Assembly: GCF_000315625.1 (NCBI RefSeq)
Contig: NW_005434532.1
Coordinates: forward strand, 99,517-163,516
DNA from: Guillardia theta CCMP2712
Taxonomy: Eukaryota; Protista; Cryptophyta
Reading direction: 5' to 3'
Length of the DNA: 64,000 nt
The notes under the pieces are model-generated. The model did not search any database. It was not told the DNA's origin and saw only the letters and a list, made by a program, of their open reading frames with translations. The position numbers and the translations under genes were made by a program. Shown here piece by piece: positions 46,922 to 57,798 of this stretch (position 1 is its first letter; each line of letters starts with the position of its first letter).

Positions 46922-49207
46922 ATGGCAGAATGTCGCTGCGTGATCTTGAAGGAGGAGGAGGATGGCGAGGTCAAGTCCTCAGCATGTCCTAACTCGAGCC
47001 GTGCAAAGCTCCGACCAGTGACCTAGGGCTGGCACCTTGGTAAGCTCCGAGGATTGAGCTGCCGTGGCCTTACAAGGAAAAAAGCCGGTCGCGAGCAGCA
47101 GAGGACGTTGAGCAGTATTTGAATCAAAATGAAGAGCATTCTCGACCAGCTGTTGGAAGAAGCTCAAGCAGGTTTTGATGTGCAAGACAACGAAGAGCTG
47201 GAAGCTGCCCTTGCTGCAACTCTGGTATAGGCCAGTTCAGCATGCGAACATTTCTGACATCGTGTGGTTTAGCCGGCACATTACCAGAGGAGTGTCCTTC
47301 ATAGACCGCATGATGGTGAAGATCTTTCCTCACTCCTTAGCATCCATCTTGTCTCGTGTAGCCATGACCTTAGCATCCATCTTCTCTTGTGTAGCTATGA
47401 TCAATAACCCGGTGATTATACAGCTTGTGAGGAGGGGTTAAACGGGCGAAACGAAGGTATTCATCTTGACCTGTCTGAAATGGGGCTCGCTCACATTCTT
47501 GGACCAAGACGCAAACAATACCGTAGAGGATGAATCTCTTCCTCACTCCAACCTAGAGTGGGGACAGAGCTACCTTTGCGACGTCGATGGTCTTTCAAGT
47601 CTTTATCGTTCGAGTGTCCAACGCTTCATGATAGGTTCATCAGCCGCTGCCAAGTTTGGAGGAGGAGGAAGCCATGATGTCCCAACAGTTTGTAGCTGTG
47701 GGGAAGTTATCCGAAAAGGAAGAGGCTTGTGGAAGGTGATCCTGAGCGTTTATCATCACAGTGTTTCTGACAAGGGAGAGGAAAGATTCGTTTTGATCGC
47801 AAGGGGAGGGGGTTGGTCAAGGTAGGGCATGTCTTGTGGATTCCTTTAGGATCTTTCTCTAAAGTATCGGCAGGTTGGATTGGCGAAATATGCTGCACAG
47901 GAGAAAGGAATCGCTGGGATCGAGCTGGGACAGAACTGGAATGACAGGTACAAGGGTTCATTCAACAATTAGGTTGCATCGTAATGTGTGATTGGCAGAA
48001 CTTGTGTTGACACCACATGGTACGTTGACAGTGATGGAGATGTGTTTGAAGGAAACAATTGCCTCTGCGAATCGGCGACCGGAGAAGGATTTAGAGTGAT
48101 CACTTTTAATTCGACCGCAAGTTGGTTGCTGATGTTATGTATCTTATAGAGTGGAGATATTGTTACTGTGGAAGTCAAAGATGCTCTTGCAGCATTTTCT
48201 GTAAACGATGAGGTGCATAGATCATCGATCAATTTCTGGAATGATTCCTGTGTTCAGACTCTTGTAGAGAACATTCAGATCAAAAGCTGGCCTGTGAGAT
48301 TGGCAATTCTGCTTGTGTTCAAGGTCGTGGAATTTTCACATGATATTCCTTGTTGACAAAGTTATTGCTACAGGGAGATAGGGTGACGTTATTGCAAGAA
48401 GAAATCATGGACGAGAAGGTGTATTCATAATCTCTATCAGTAATACGACACATTTATTCACTGCGACAGCAATATGAACGATGGAAGCACGAAATCGATA
48501 GAAGACTGAGGTAAGTTTTCATTATGGCTAGGCTTGGCACCGAAGTGATAGGCACCTCGCAAGGTGGGAAGAAATGGAAAAACACAACAGGCGCGTGTTC
48601 TCAAATAGCTTGAAACCAAACGCTGACTCCGTAAGAGATGTTCTCATTTATTTAATTCACCACTCGTTGACTGACTGTCTTTCTCTTGCAGACTCCAAAG
48701 ATTCAACAATTAGACCCCCAAACACCTCACAAGAAGGATGCAGAGTAAGAGAGATAGAGTATTCTAGACCTCTTGCATCTTGATGTTCAAACAGAGGCAT
48801 GATCGACCCGTCCATCACAATCACCTCAACTCCAGTTATGGAACATTTCTCTTCTCGTCAGCTCAACCAAGACATCATGAAGTTTGATAAGGTGACGTAT
48901 CCACTGAATCCCCTCTTGTGAGGTTGCCATGTAGGAAATGTCTGCCACAGAGGATGTGGAGCTAGAATTGGAGGAGGAGAGTCCTATGGAAGTATTGATG
49001 TTTCACTCGTGCTGGGTGCGAGATGCTGATCGATCGCAGCTGGTACTCCCCGGCAACGATGACTCCGACTCGATGTCAGCGTCGGAGTTGTCTGCAAGAG
49101 ACAACAAGTAAGTCGAGACCGATTGGATATGGTTATCACTCCCTGCTGTTCTTTTGACCTGCTCTTCTAGCAATGATCATTTCTTTGAGTCAAAGAATCT
49201 ATTTGAC
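46922..49207 (+). CDS. Hypothetical multi-exon protein, possible SPRY-like beta domain
   Basis: Plus-strand GT-AG introns; exons GDIVTVEVKDALAAFSVNDE, WPVRLAILLVFK and GDRVTLL; ends approximate. Confidence 0.35.
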
Positions 49208-49302
49208 ACGAGTGCCCGTCCCGAAATATCCCAGCACGAGGTGAGATACAGTCAAACGGTTCTCCAGGCCTGACTTTCTGGCAGGCTGCATATCAGCCTC
49301 CG

Positions 49303-49354
49303 ATGCAGACTCCCATGCAGACTCCCATGCAGACTCCCATGCAGACTCCCATGC
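49303..49354 (+). repeat. 12-bp tandem repeat (ATGCAGACTCCC)x4
   Basis: Visible. Confidence 0.95.
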
Positions 49355-49861
49355 CTGTCCGAGCGGATCCTCCGATGACAGCTGGTTGCTCGAGTCGCAA
49401 AGAGTCGCAGACAGAGGAGGACGAAAGTCAGGGGTGCTTTGTAGTTGATGTTCCGTCCATGGAACAGACGGCCGTGAAGGTGAGGAGCAGAGCGGCGAGG
49501 GGATGAGGGGATGACTGCGATTGACAGGCAAAGATTGAAACAGAGCGACCTTGCAGAGAGAAAACAGAGATGAAAGTAAGACGAATGACTTGTATTACTA
49601 TCAACAACATGTTTTACATCGATTTCCTTCCGTGACTCTTATGATGCGCAGAGCAATGGAAGCCAAGGAAATCGATGCTGTCTCGTGCAATGACGGCAAA
49701 GATGTTATTTTTTTTCTTTGTTTGGTTTGCAGCAAGAAATTCTAAAACAATATTCTGATGTAAAATTATTGAGACAACAGGCAGAGAATAAACGAAGAAC
49801 TGCTGAATAGAACTAATACGTGAGTTCGGACTTTTGTCTTTTCGCAGTGATCACCTTGAGA

Positions 49862-50857
49862 TTACAAGAGACAAGTTGAGAAGGAGATCGCGTCTCTCTT
49901 CGGGCTCCAGCCTTGCTTCCACTTGAGGTCGTACTCAAAGTCTGCCTCAACCAACTTCGTTTCCCATGCTGGCCCGCTCTTGACGTACTCGAGGAACTCG
50001 GGGGTGCCGGGATAGATCACGTTGTCAGCTGCGATCACTGTACCTTTGCCGACGATGTTCAGCTGCTGCAAGCGCTTGAGGTCAGGGAGGTAGAGGGACT
50101 TGTTGTGGTCCAGGAAGACAAAGTCCGCGTGCTTCACTCGGTCGGCAACCTTAGGGATGACGTCACCTGACAGGCCCACGACTATGCTGACCGAGTCTTG
50201 AAGCCCAGCGTAGCGAATAAGCTGAGACGCGACGTCAGCGTGAGCTGGATTGTACTCTATACAGTAGAGATGCCCTCCTGCTGCCAAGTTTCTTGCTGTC
50301 CGCATGGCAGAGTAACCAAAGAACGTGCCTATCTCGAGAGACGTCCGGATACTCAAGCCCCTCGTCTTGATCTCCTCCTCCAGTATCTTGCCTTTCTCTG
50401 ACCCGAGCTTGTACATCGGATAGAACTTGCCAAACTCGTCCATGGCCGCGAGGATCTCGTCTATGTTCCCCTCCGACGCGTGCGAGAAGATGAAGGGAAG
50501 GATGTCTGAGGGCTGAGCGTACGGCCATTTCACATAGAAGTCACTGCTCGAGTCAGTCGCTACTGAGGGTCTTGCGGGAGGAGCTGCGAGCAAGGAGAAG
50601 ATAGAGAGCACGGAAGTCGCCGAGGAAATGAACTTTCTGCGCCGAAAGTCCGACGTCGTCATGGTTATGCGCTCCTTCCCAGGTCTGGGAGGGCGAGGAT
50701 TGCGAGGAGAAGAGAAGGAGTAAGAGGAGGAAGAGATCTGCGACTGTGTGCTTGATGATGTTCCGACATACCGACATGGTGGCGAGAGGAAGGCGCCAGA
50801 CCCGAAGGCTCCTGCTCCCGCCAGCCCCACCATGACTCGAAGCCACCCTGCCCCCAT
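49862..50857 (-). CDS. Catechol O-methyltransferase family protein with plastid-targeting presequence; single exon
   Basis: LGSEKGKIL, LEIGTFFGYSA, DFVFLDHNKSLYLPDL, GTVIAADNVIYPGTPEFLEYV. Confidence 0.92.
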   Translation of the reverse strand: MGAGWLRVMVGLAGAGAFGSGAFLSPPCRYVGTSSSTQSQISSSSYSFSSPRNPRPPRPGKERITMTTSDFRRRKFISSATSVLSIFSLLAAPPARPSVATDSSSDFYVKWPYAQPSDILPFIFSHASEGNIDEILAAMDEFGKFYPMYKLGSEKGKILEEEIKTRGLSIRTSLEIGTFFGYSAMRTARNLAAGGHLYCIEYNPAHADVASQLIRYAGLQDSVSIVVGLSGDVIPKVADRVKHADFVFLDHNKSLYLPDLKRLQQLNIVGKGTVIAADNVIYPGTPEFLEYVKSGPAWETKLVEADFEYDLKWKQGWSPKRDAISFSTCLL

Positions 50858-50927
50858 GGCTAAAAAGATACGGAGGAATCACACAGGTTGAGGGGTGGGG
50901 TACCAAGAGTGTGTCGGGGGGTCGGAA

Positions 50928-53365
50928 ATGGTGAAGAAAGGGGAGGAGATATGGCGGGGGCAGGCGATATGCGGGCAAGAGACAGTGAGGATGGAGAGAC
51001 GATGCCTTCGATGCTCTCATTGTGGGAGGGAGGCGGGTGACATGAGCCAGCAGCTCTCCGTCGCTCTTGGGCAGGGAAGGGTTTCGGTATGCCAGAAACC
51101 ATGCAAGACCTTGCCAAAGCTTGGAGGAGGTTACGATGCTGAGCAAGCCTGCTGCTGCGAGCGAGGGGGCTGCGATGAGGTTTACTGCAGCAAACGTTGC
51201 CGTGAAGATGATCGGCAGCGCCATCGCATCTCATGCGGTGGTCGAGAAAACGAACACTCGAGAGATCTGAGGAGATTCGCACGAGGAGCTGGAATGGAAC
51301 ACCTCCTGCTCCTCTCCAGGTTGGTTGGTCTCATTCTTGACCGCCAGGCAGACAGCAGCAATGGCATGGAAGAAGCGCTGGAGGAGGCGTGCACGCGTCA
51401 TGATCTAAGCATGCTTTCTGTTGGGTGCGAAGCCGGTCTTGATGTTCGTGTGTCGGGGGGTCACGACGATGATAACAAGGATCACAAGGAGGATTGCAGC
51501 GACGAAGAGAGCGAGGCCTGGGTCTTGTTTTCATCTCTGATAAGGTTTGAAGTCGATTGTCGAAGTCACGAGCGAGGGGAAGAAGCCGGTCGCCAATACC
51601 TTCAAGGTGTAAGAGATTTGTTCATGAACAAACCTTGCTTCCTGAAGTTCTTGAGATTGGTGAAGCAGCTCATGGTAAGCGTTTTCGTGCCGAGCCCTTT
51701 GATTTCCTATTGTCAAGACTTGATCAAGACGGACGTGGAGGACCAGCTTCGGGAGGAGGCAGAGGCAGCCATGTCCAGCTTCATCGAAGGAGTGATGGCT
51801 AACGACGGAACGGACGCATACCATCCCAACGATGCGAATCCTTGTGGGGACGAGAAGCAGGACGGCGCTCGAATATTGCGAGAGCGAAAATTAGCTCGTC
51901 TGGCCCAAAGTGCGCTAGAGAAAAGCTCGTCGACCAATCCCTTTGGAGACTCGTTCAACATAGTTCATGCATTGATTCCCGGTATCTGCTCCTGTGCTCA
52001 CTCTTGTGTGCCGAATGCCCTGGTAGAAGCTGCGTATGACGAGCAAGGGAGGAATCTGATTCGGGTTGTTGCTCTCAGAGACATCGGGGATGATGAAGCA
52101 ATCTCTATCTCCTTCATTGATCACAACCAGCCGATAAATGAACGAACCGCAGCATATCGCGAGCGGTTCGGGCTGAAATTTTGTCCATGCATGAGGTGCA
52201 ACTATGAGCGAGGATCTGTCACGGATCTCAACGTTTCTCAGCTTCGAGCTCTTGGCGATCTTGCGATGCAGCAACATCGTTATCAAGACGCCTACGAACT
52301 TTACGGGAATATTTTAGCTCTGCACCCAAACGAGCCGGAAGCCTTGTTTGCTCGTGGTGGGGCTCTGCTGGAGGCTGGTTTGTGGGTTCATGCGCATCAA
52401 GCCTTTCGAGAAGCTGCTCTCCTAGCGCCAGGGCATGAGCGACTGACTGCCCTCCACCTCAAGGAGATGGCGTATTCTCTTGAGGTAGGGTCAGACCCGG
52501 AGAAGTGGGGTGACGAAAGGGAACACGGAAAACAGTCGTGTCCTCGCTTCCATCCTGTTGTTGAGGGCAGAGCATTTGTTACATACGGTGAACATCCCGT
52601 CGTTCCGCTCGCTGAGTGTCAACTGGCTGTGGATATGGCGGAAGCAGCCGCATCGCGAAGGGGTGGATGGACTACATCTCGACATTATGCGGTTCCTACG
52701 ACAGATCTGCCGGTCCACGAACATGATGAAATTCTTTGCTGGTTTCGAAAACATCTTGCTTGTAGGCTGGGACCACTGCTCGCTCTTCAATATGGTAAGC
52801 TACATCTGACTGTAGTTTGAAGCCAACATTGTTTTTGATTAGGAGCGGATATGGTCGGGGAGAAGGGGTGTTTTGTGCGAATATTTGACGCGTTCATAGT
52901 CAAATACGCTGCGTCAGGTGGACAGGTTTGAAGTCCTTGATATGACTTTGATTTCGACTCAACAATCTTGTTCCCCGCAGCGACATCTTCCTGTTCACAG
53001 AGATCAATCGACTCATTCATTCACTATTGCATTGAATGCTAGGAGCTGCTATGAAGGTGGAGGCACTTACTTCTGTAAACTTTCTTCCATCTTGATAGAC
53101 ATCTTAAACTGATGACATGCCGTCAGGTGGTCTCGGAACAGCGATAAAGCCCGAGCAAGGACATGTCCTGTCATTCGAAGGCGACATGTTGCATGGAGGA
53201 GAACCCATGTAGTAATTTCGACCTACTCTCGAATTGATGTTACTCTCGAATTGAGTTTTGCTCAGTACGTCGGGCGTCAGGTACATCCTGGCAGCGTTTA
53301 CGTACATCGACGTGCCATCACCGGAACGATCTACATTTTCCGTCACATCGTCTGACTGGCCGTGA
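50928..53365 (+). CDS. MYND/SET (SMYD-like), TPR and 2OG-Fe(II) oxygenase fusion protein
   Basis: CxxC...YCSKRC, HSCVPNA, CPCMRC, TPRs, GWTTSRHYAVPTTD, FDAFIVKY, HRDQS, YEGGGTYF, LHGG, GVRYIL. Confidence 0.88.
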
Positions 53366-53419
53366 GTGGTCTGTGTGATATGTTTGTGTGTTGATGTCGT
53401 TTGTTAGCGACTCTTCTCC

Positions 53420-55035
53420 TCACTCTCGCAACAAGAGGACTCGAGATGAGCAAGCACAAGATAGCCGGATGCCGAGAGCAAAGATCGACTGGCTGGGGGA
53501 GTCGAATACGGAGGCTTCATTCTCATTCAACTTCAGCTGATTGTTGGTGGTCGCATAGCACTTTTCATAGGTAAAGGCATCAAGTCTCAGAATCATCGGT
53601 ACAGTCATTAAATCTTGCAGTTCGTCTTCTTTCAATGAAAATTTCTAAATGCAGTCAGAATGTGATGTTGGCTGCCTATTGCGATTCTCCAATTTGCCAC
53701 CAAGGTATTCCTTTCGGATTCCCTTCCTCATCAAACTTGTCCCTCCAAGTGGTCTTGACAACAGGTTCCTCTTTCTTCATTCTCAAAGTCTGATTGGAAG
53801 TGAGCAAGGAGGAATCACCGCCTGTACCTTACCTGCACCAATGCCTGGCTTATAGCCTTGATTCGAGCCGGGCTGGCATCCCATGTTCGTAAGGCTGGCG
53901 CGCGACTCAGAGACTCCTGGCTCTTGTCGTGTTTGAGTGACAATCAAAGCAAATCGCGTACCAAACCTTGTGGCTTTTCTTTGGAGTGTTCGATACCAAT
54001 CTCTGATCTGCCTTCAGTTCCGGCATACAAGGCAATCGCAACCTGGTGTATTCTTTCAACCAGAAAGCAATCGTCACCCATGTGCTACCTTACACAAAGA
54101 TTTGTGTACATCCGAAGGCAATCTTTTCTGACCTCCCCTTCATCCATCTCATCATCTCGATTTGAGCTTGATCGTCGAGGGTTTGAAATCAAACTTTCCA
54201 AGTATTCGGTTTCTTCCTTGCGGGTTCCTTTTCATGGAGCATCAGTTGGCAATACGAAGAAATGTTGAAAACTCGCCCCGTGCAGAGACTGTCTTGCCAG
54301 TGATGTTGTTGATCTCTGCCGCTGTCTCTTGAAGTAGTGAAGCATAATTCAATTCGTTTACATCTGACATTTGTTGTGAGACATCGCGCAGCTAGTTGAA
54401 TGTGTTGTCATTTGTCACCCAAGGATCTTTTTGAGGTTTCGTCTCCAAGGCTATCCTGCAAACTCATTCATTGACCCTCAAACCTGCAAGCACATGCAGT
54501 TTGTGTACCTTTTTGTGGAGTTTGTATCGTGACGACACAGCTTCCTTTTCTCGCGTGCTCGCTTTGTCTTTTGAATAATGGAGCACCAAATCTAAACTTC
54601 TGTTTGGATTTGAGATTTAGTACAACAAATTGAATCGACCTCGGCGGTTTTGACGGTGACGTTGATTTATACGGGTTTGTAAATGATGTTATCCATGGTG
54701 AACTTTAAATCACTGCAATCAGATGACATTCTGTCACATGCTATACTCACGTGCGATAGCCAAAGGTCTGTTCTTCTTTGTTCTTGGCTTGGTTTGATCT
54801 GAGATGTTTACCTTTCCTTTATGCATTTTTCAGTATACAAACATCGATTTTTCCTCGGAATACAAGCATCGAATTCAATATGTATCAAGATAAACTTATT
54901 TAATCTATTCGATTTCAGGCAACCACAAGCATTTTTTGTTACAGTAGCATAACACGCAATCAACATCCCCTGGGGTATGGCATGAGGCGTGACTTGCCTG
55001 GTGCTTGTTCCTCGCTGTCTTCGGCGATCAGGCAT
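53420..55035 (-). CDS. Hypothetical multi-exon protein
   Basis: Minus-strand splice signals; ATG near the 55.2 kb island; terminal ORF 53420-53635. Confidence 0.4.
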
Positions 55036-55698
55036 GCGGGGAGACAAGGGAGGATCCTCGAGGTGTGACCCGAGGAGTCAGTTGGGCGAGGAAAGGCGGA
55101 ACCCTCTCCCTTCAGCAGTAGAAGCAAGCTAACGGAGGAGCGTTGTAACCGCCTCGGGGTCCCTACAGTAGGCCCTTCCGAAAATCGTCCGATCAGCTCA
55201 GGCCGCTAGCCCGGGGGCCCGCGCCAGCTGCCAGCATACTGACCTACTAGTCGACTCAGCTAGCAGCTGCAGCCTTCACTAGCCGCACGCGGCAGCACAA
55301 CTTGGCAACGCTTCAACTTATACGTTTGGCACGTGACGGTTGCGGACATAACCGTCAGGTTTACATCAATTTAAATTGATCTCTCTGCTCTGCTTCGGAT
55401 GACAACTGCACGCTCCACATAGTACCGTACCGACTATCATAGCATGGTGAATCTAAGAAACTATGATACTATCATAAGCATCAATACTTGACGATTTCAA
55501 GTTTTCCAGTACACTACCTTACCATACTGTACAGTGGATATATGAATCGGAAAAGGATAAGGATGAGGTCACTGAATGGTCATCCAAAATTCTAGATGCG
55601 TGCATTGAAGAATAGGAGAAATGCAGCAGTTTTACTTTTGGAACTGCTGTTAAACGATGTCGTACTTTGATTAAACAAGAATTTTACTTGCGATAACT

Positions 55699-56248
55699 TC
55701 ATACCTCTTCTCCAATCTGATTGCAATACCAAAAGATCCATGATCTGGACAAAGGTGTCTCCCAAGTGTCAGTGTTGTTTTCCTCCATTGCATCCTTGCT
55801 TGCTTGTATCATTTTTGAGCGTCTCATAAACAACAAATGTTGCTCTATTTCCTCTTGATTCTCCAGCTCGATATCGGAAGAGTCTTGGTCTCTTTCATCT
55901 TCATTTTGTATCGCACCATGCTTTCTGTATGGCCATCGAGCTATACCAAGCTTTCTACAGACTATCTTCAGAGTGGTTGAAGAGATTCCCTGTTTGAAAT
56001 CAACAAAACTACAAATAACAGAAGAGTCAAGGAAACTTTACCAGAATTTTTGCTGCTTCCACTTGCTTCATGTTGAAATATTGTGAGATAGATTCAACAC
56101 TCAATTCAAGTCGTTGCGGTTTGTATCGGAAGGTACAGAAACGCTTAGGTTGCACGACAACTGACTGCTGTTTGTCGCTGACAGATATCATTGATGTTGA
56201 ATGTGTCACAGTATCGCTCGTCGCTTTGCTGAGATGAGATTGATCCAT
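55699..56248 (-). CDS. RWP-RK transcription factor
   Basis: LSVESISQYFNMKQVEAAKIL|GISSTTLKIVCRKLGIARWPYRK; one intron ~55991-56041. Confidence 0.95.
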
Positions 56249-56451
56249 TTCTTGATGCAGGAAGAGCAACAAGACACAAGGAATGAGGACTGAAGGCTCC
56301 TCTGCAGTATCTTCTGACGGAGTGTGAATATCAAACTGTTGAGCGGGGGCGTCATGACGAGTGTTACGAAAAGGTATTTTTTTGGGTGGGAGGCTTATCC
56401 GATTGCTGACGGATACAGTTCAGAAACGCAATGATTCAGTGGGTAACCAAC

Positions 56452-56690
56452 GCCTGCCGCCGGGGTAACCAAGCGACCGAAAAAAAAATGATCCAGCGGT
56501 CGCAAGCCTGCCGCAGTGCCGGCGAGCTGAGCCGGGCCCGGGCGCCGGGCCGCCTCAGGGCCGCACACGGCCCGGCCGCCGGAACCGCCGCGCCGTACCG
56601 GGCCGGGTCCGTTGAACGAACCTTCCGAAGTTCGAGTCTAAGTTCGCCGGGAACTTCAAGTGAAGCCCGGCCGGCCGAGCCGTAAGGCGG
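56452..56690. promoter_or_regulatory. CCGG-rich island upstream of RWP-RK
   Basis: Composition and position. Confidence 0.5.
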
Positions 56691-57072
56691 CAGTTTTTGC
56701 TCAAGACCAAATTTAATTCAACTAACCAAACATAAGATCAACATGATTGAGCATGTAATCGAGGCTCATAACCGACGGAACACAAGTTTGTTAGACTTGT
56801 ACTATGCCAACTTGCAAAGTCACACAGATGTCACATAAACCTTAGTTGTCACCCGTAACAAGACAGTTTTTGCTCAAGACCGAGTTTAATGCACACAAAA
56901 CCAGAATTGAGGAGCCGCCTCGGAGCACTGCGCCACATCATTCGGAGAGATAGACTGTACTATATTTGCGGCAAGACAAGAGAGGACCTTAGCACTGAAA
57001 GGCGAGGAAAGCCCCCTCTGCGTGAGAGTCATGGCTACATTGGCCGCCCTCCCACGTAAGTCGTCTTGGTTA

Positions 57073-57705
57073 CTGGCCGCGCAGTATGCGGGCCCGGGCC
57101 CGGCCCCGGGCCTGCGCAAGTTCAATCGATGATCATCATGCCTGGCATCGCGGCGGCGGCACCGTCAGCTTTTTACCTCCAATCAAGGCTTGCCAAGTTG
57201 GCGGTTAACTTAGTCTGAGTTCGCGGACTCGGGAGTCCGGGCCGCGGGCCGACCGGCACCGTCACTGGCCTCAGCGTTCGGTACCGGCGGGCCGGGGCCG
57301 CCGGCCCGCGGCCCGTCAGGGCCCGGTGTCACCGTCACACAGGCTGGCAGGCTGCCAGTGGCCGCACTGTGACTCAGTGACTGTCTCAGGCTCATTCAGA
57401 GTCCGAAGTTCAAGTTCTCCACTCCGGGCCGACCGTAAGGTTTTCAACTTATTGACAGCCCGGCTTCGACCCGGGCTGCGGGCCGGCCCGGCCGCCGGCG
57501 CCGGCGGGCTGCGCGGCGGCGGCGGCCCGGCCGCGTTGCCAGCGGCGACCCGCCGGGCCCGGCGCCGGGCCCGCCGGGGGGCCGCACGGTCACGGTCGGC
57601 CCTCGGCCGCGTACCGTACGGTACCGGCCCGGTACCGGGTCGGACGGACGGCCCGCCGCCGCCCGGCGATGCCGGCCCCCCCCGGGGCAGCCGCGCCGCG
57701 CTATC
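57073..57705. promoter_or_regulatory. CCGG-rich island upstream of plus gene
   Basis: Composition and position. Confidence 0.5.
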
Positions 57706-57798
57706 AGAGTCGGAGAAGCGACTACTGGATGGGGTGAAGGGTATAGCTTCGAGCGATCGGAAATGCTCTACAGCTTGAAGTTCAAGAGAGTGGTCGTG

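Noticed and set aside
49303-49354. CRISPR-like array
   Set aside because: Simple 12-bp tandem repeat without spacers, in a eukaryotic context
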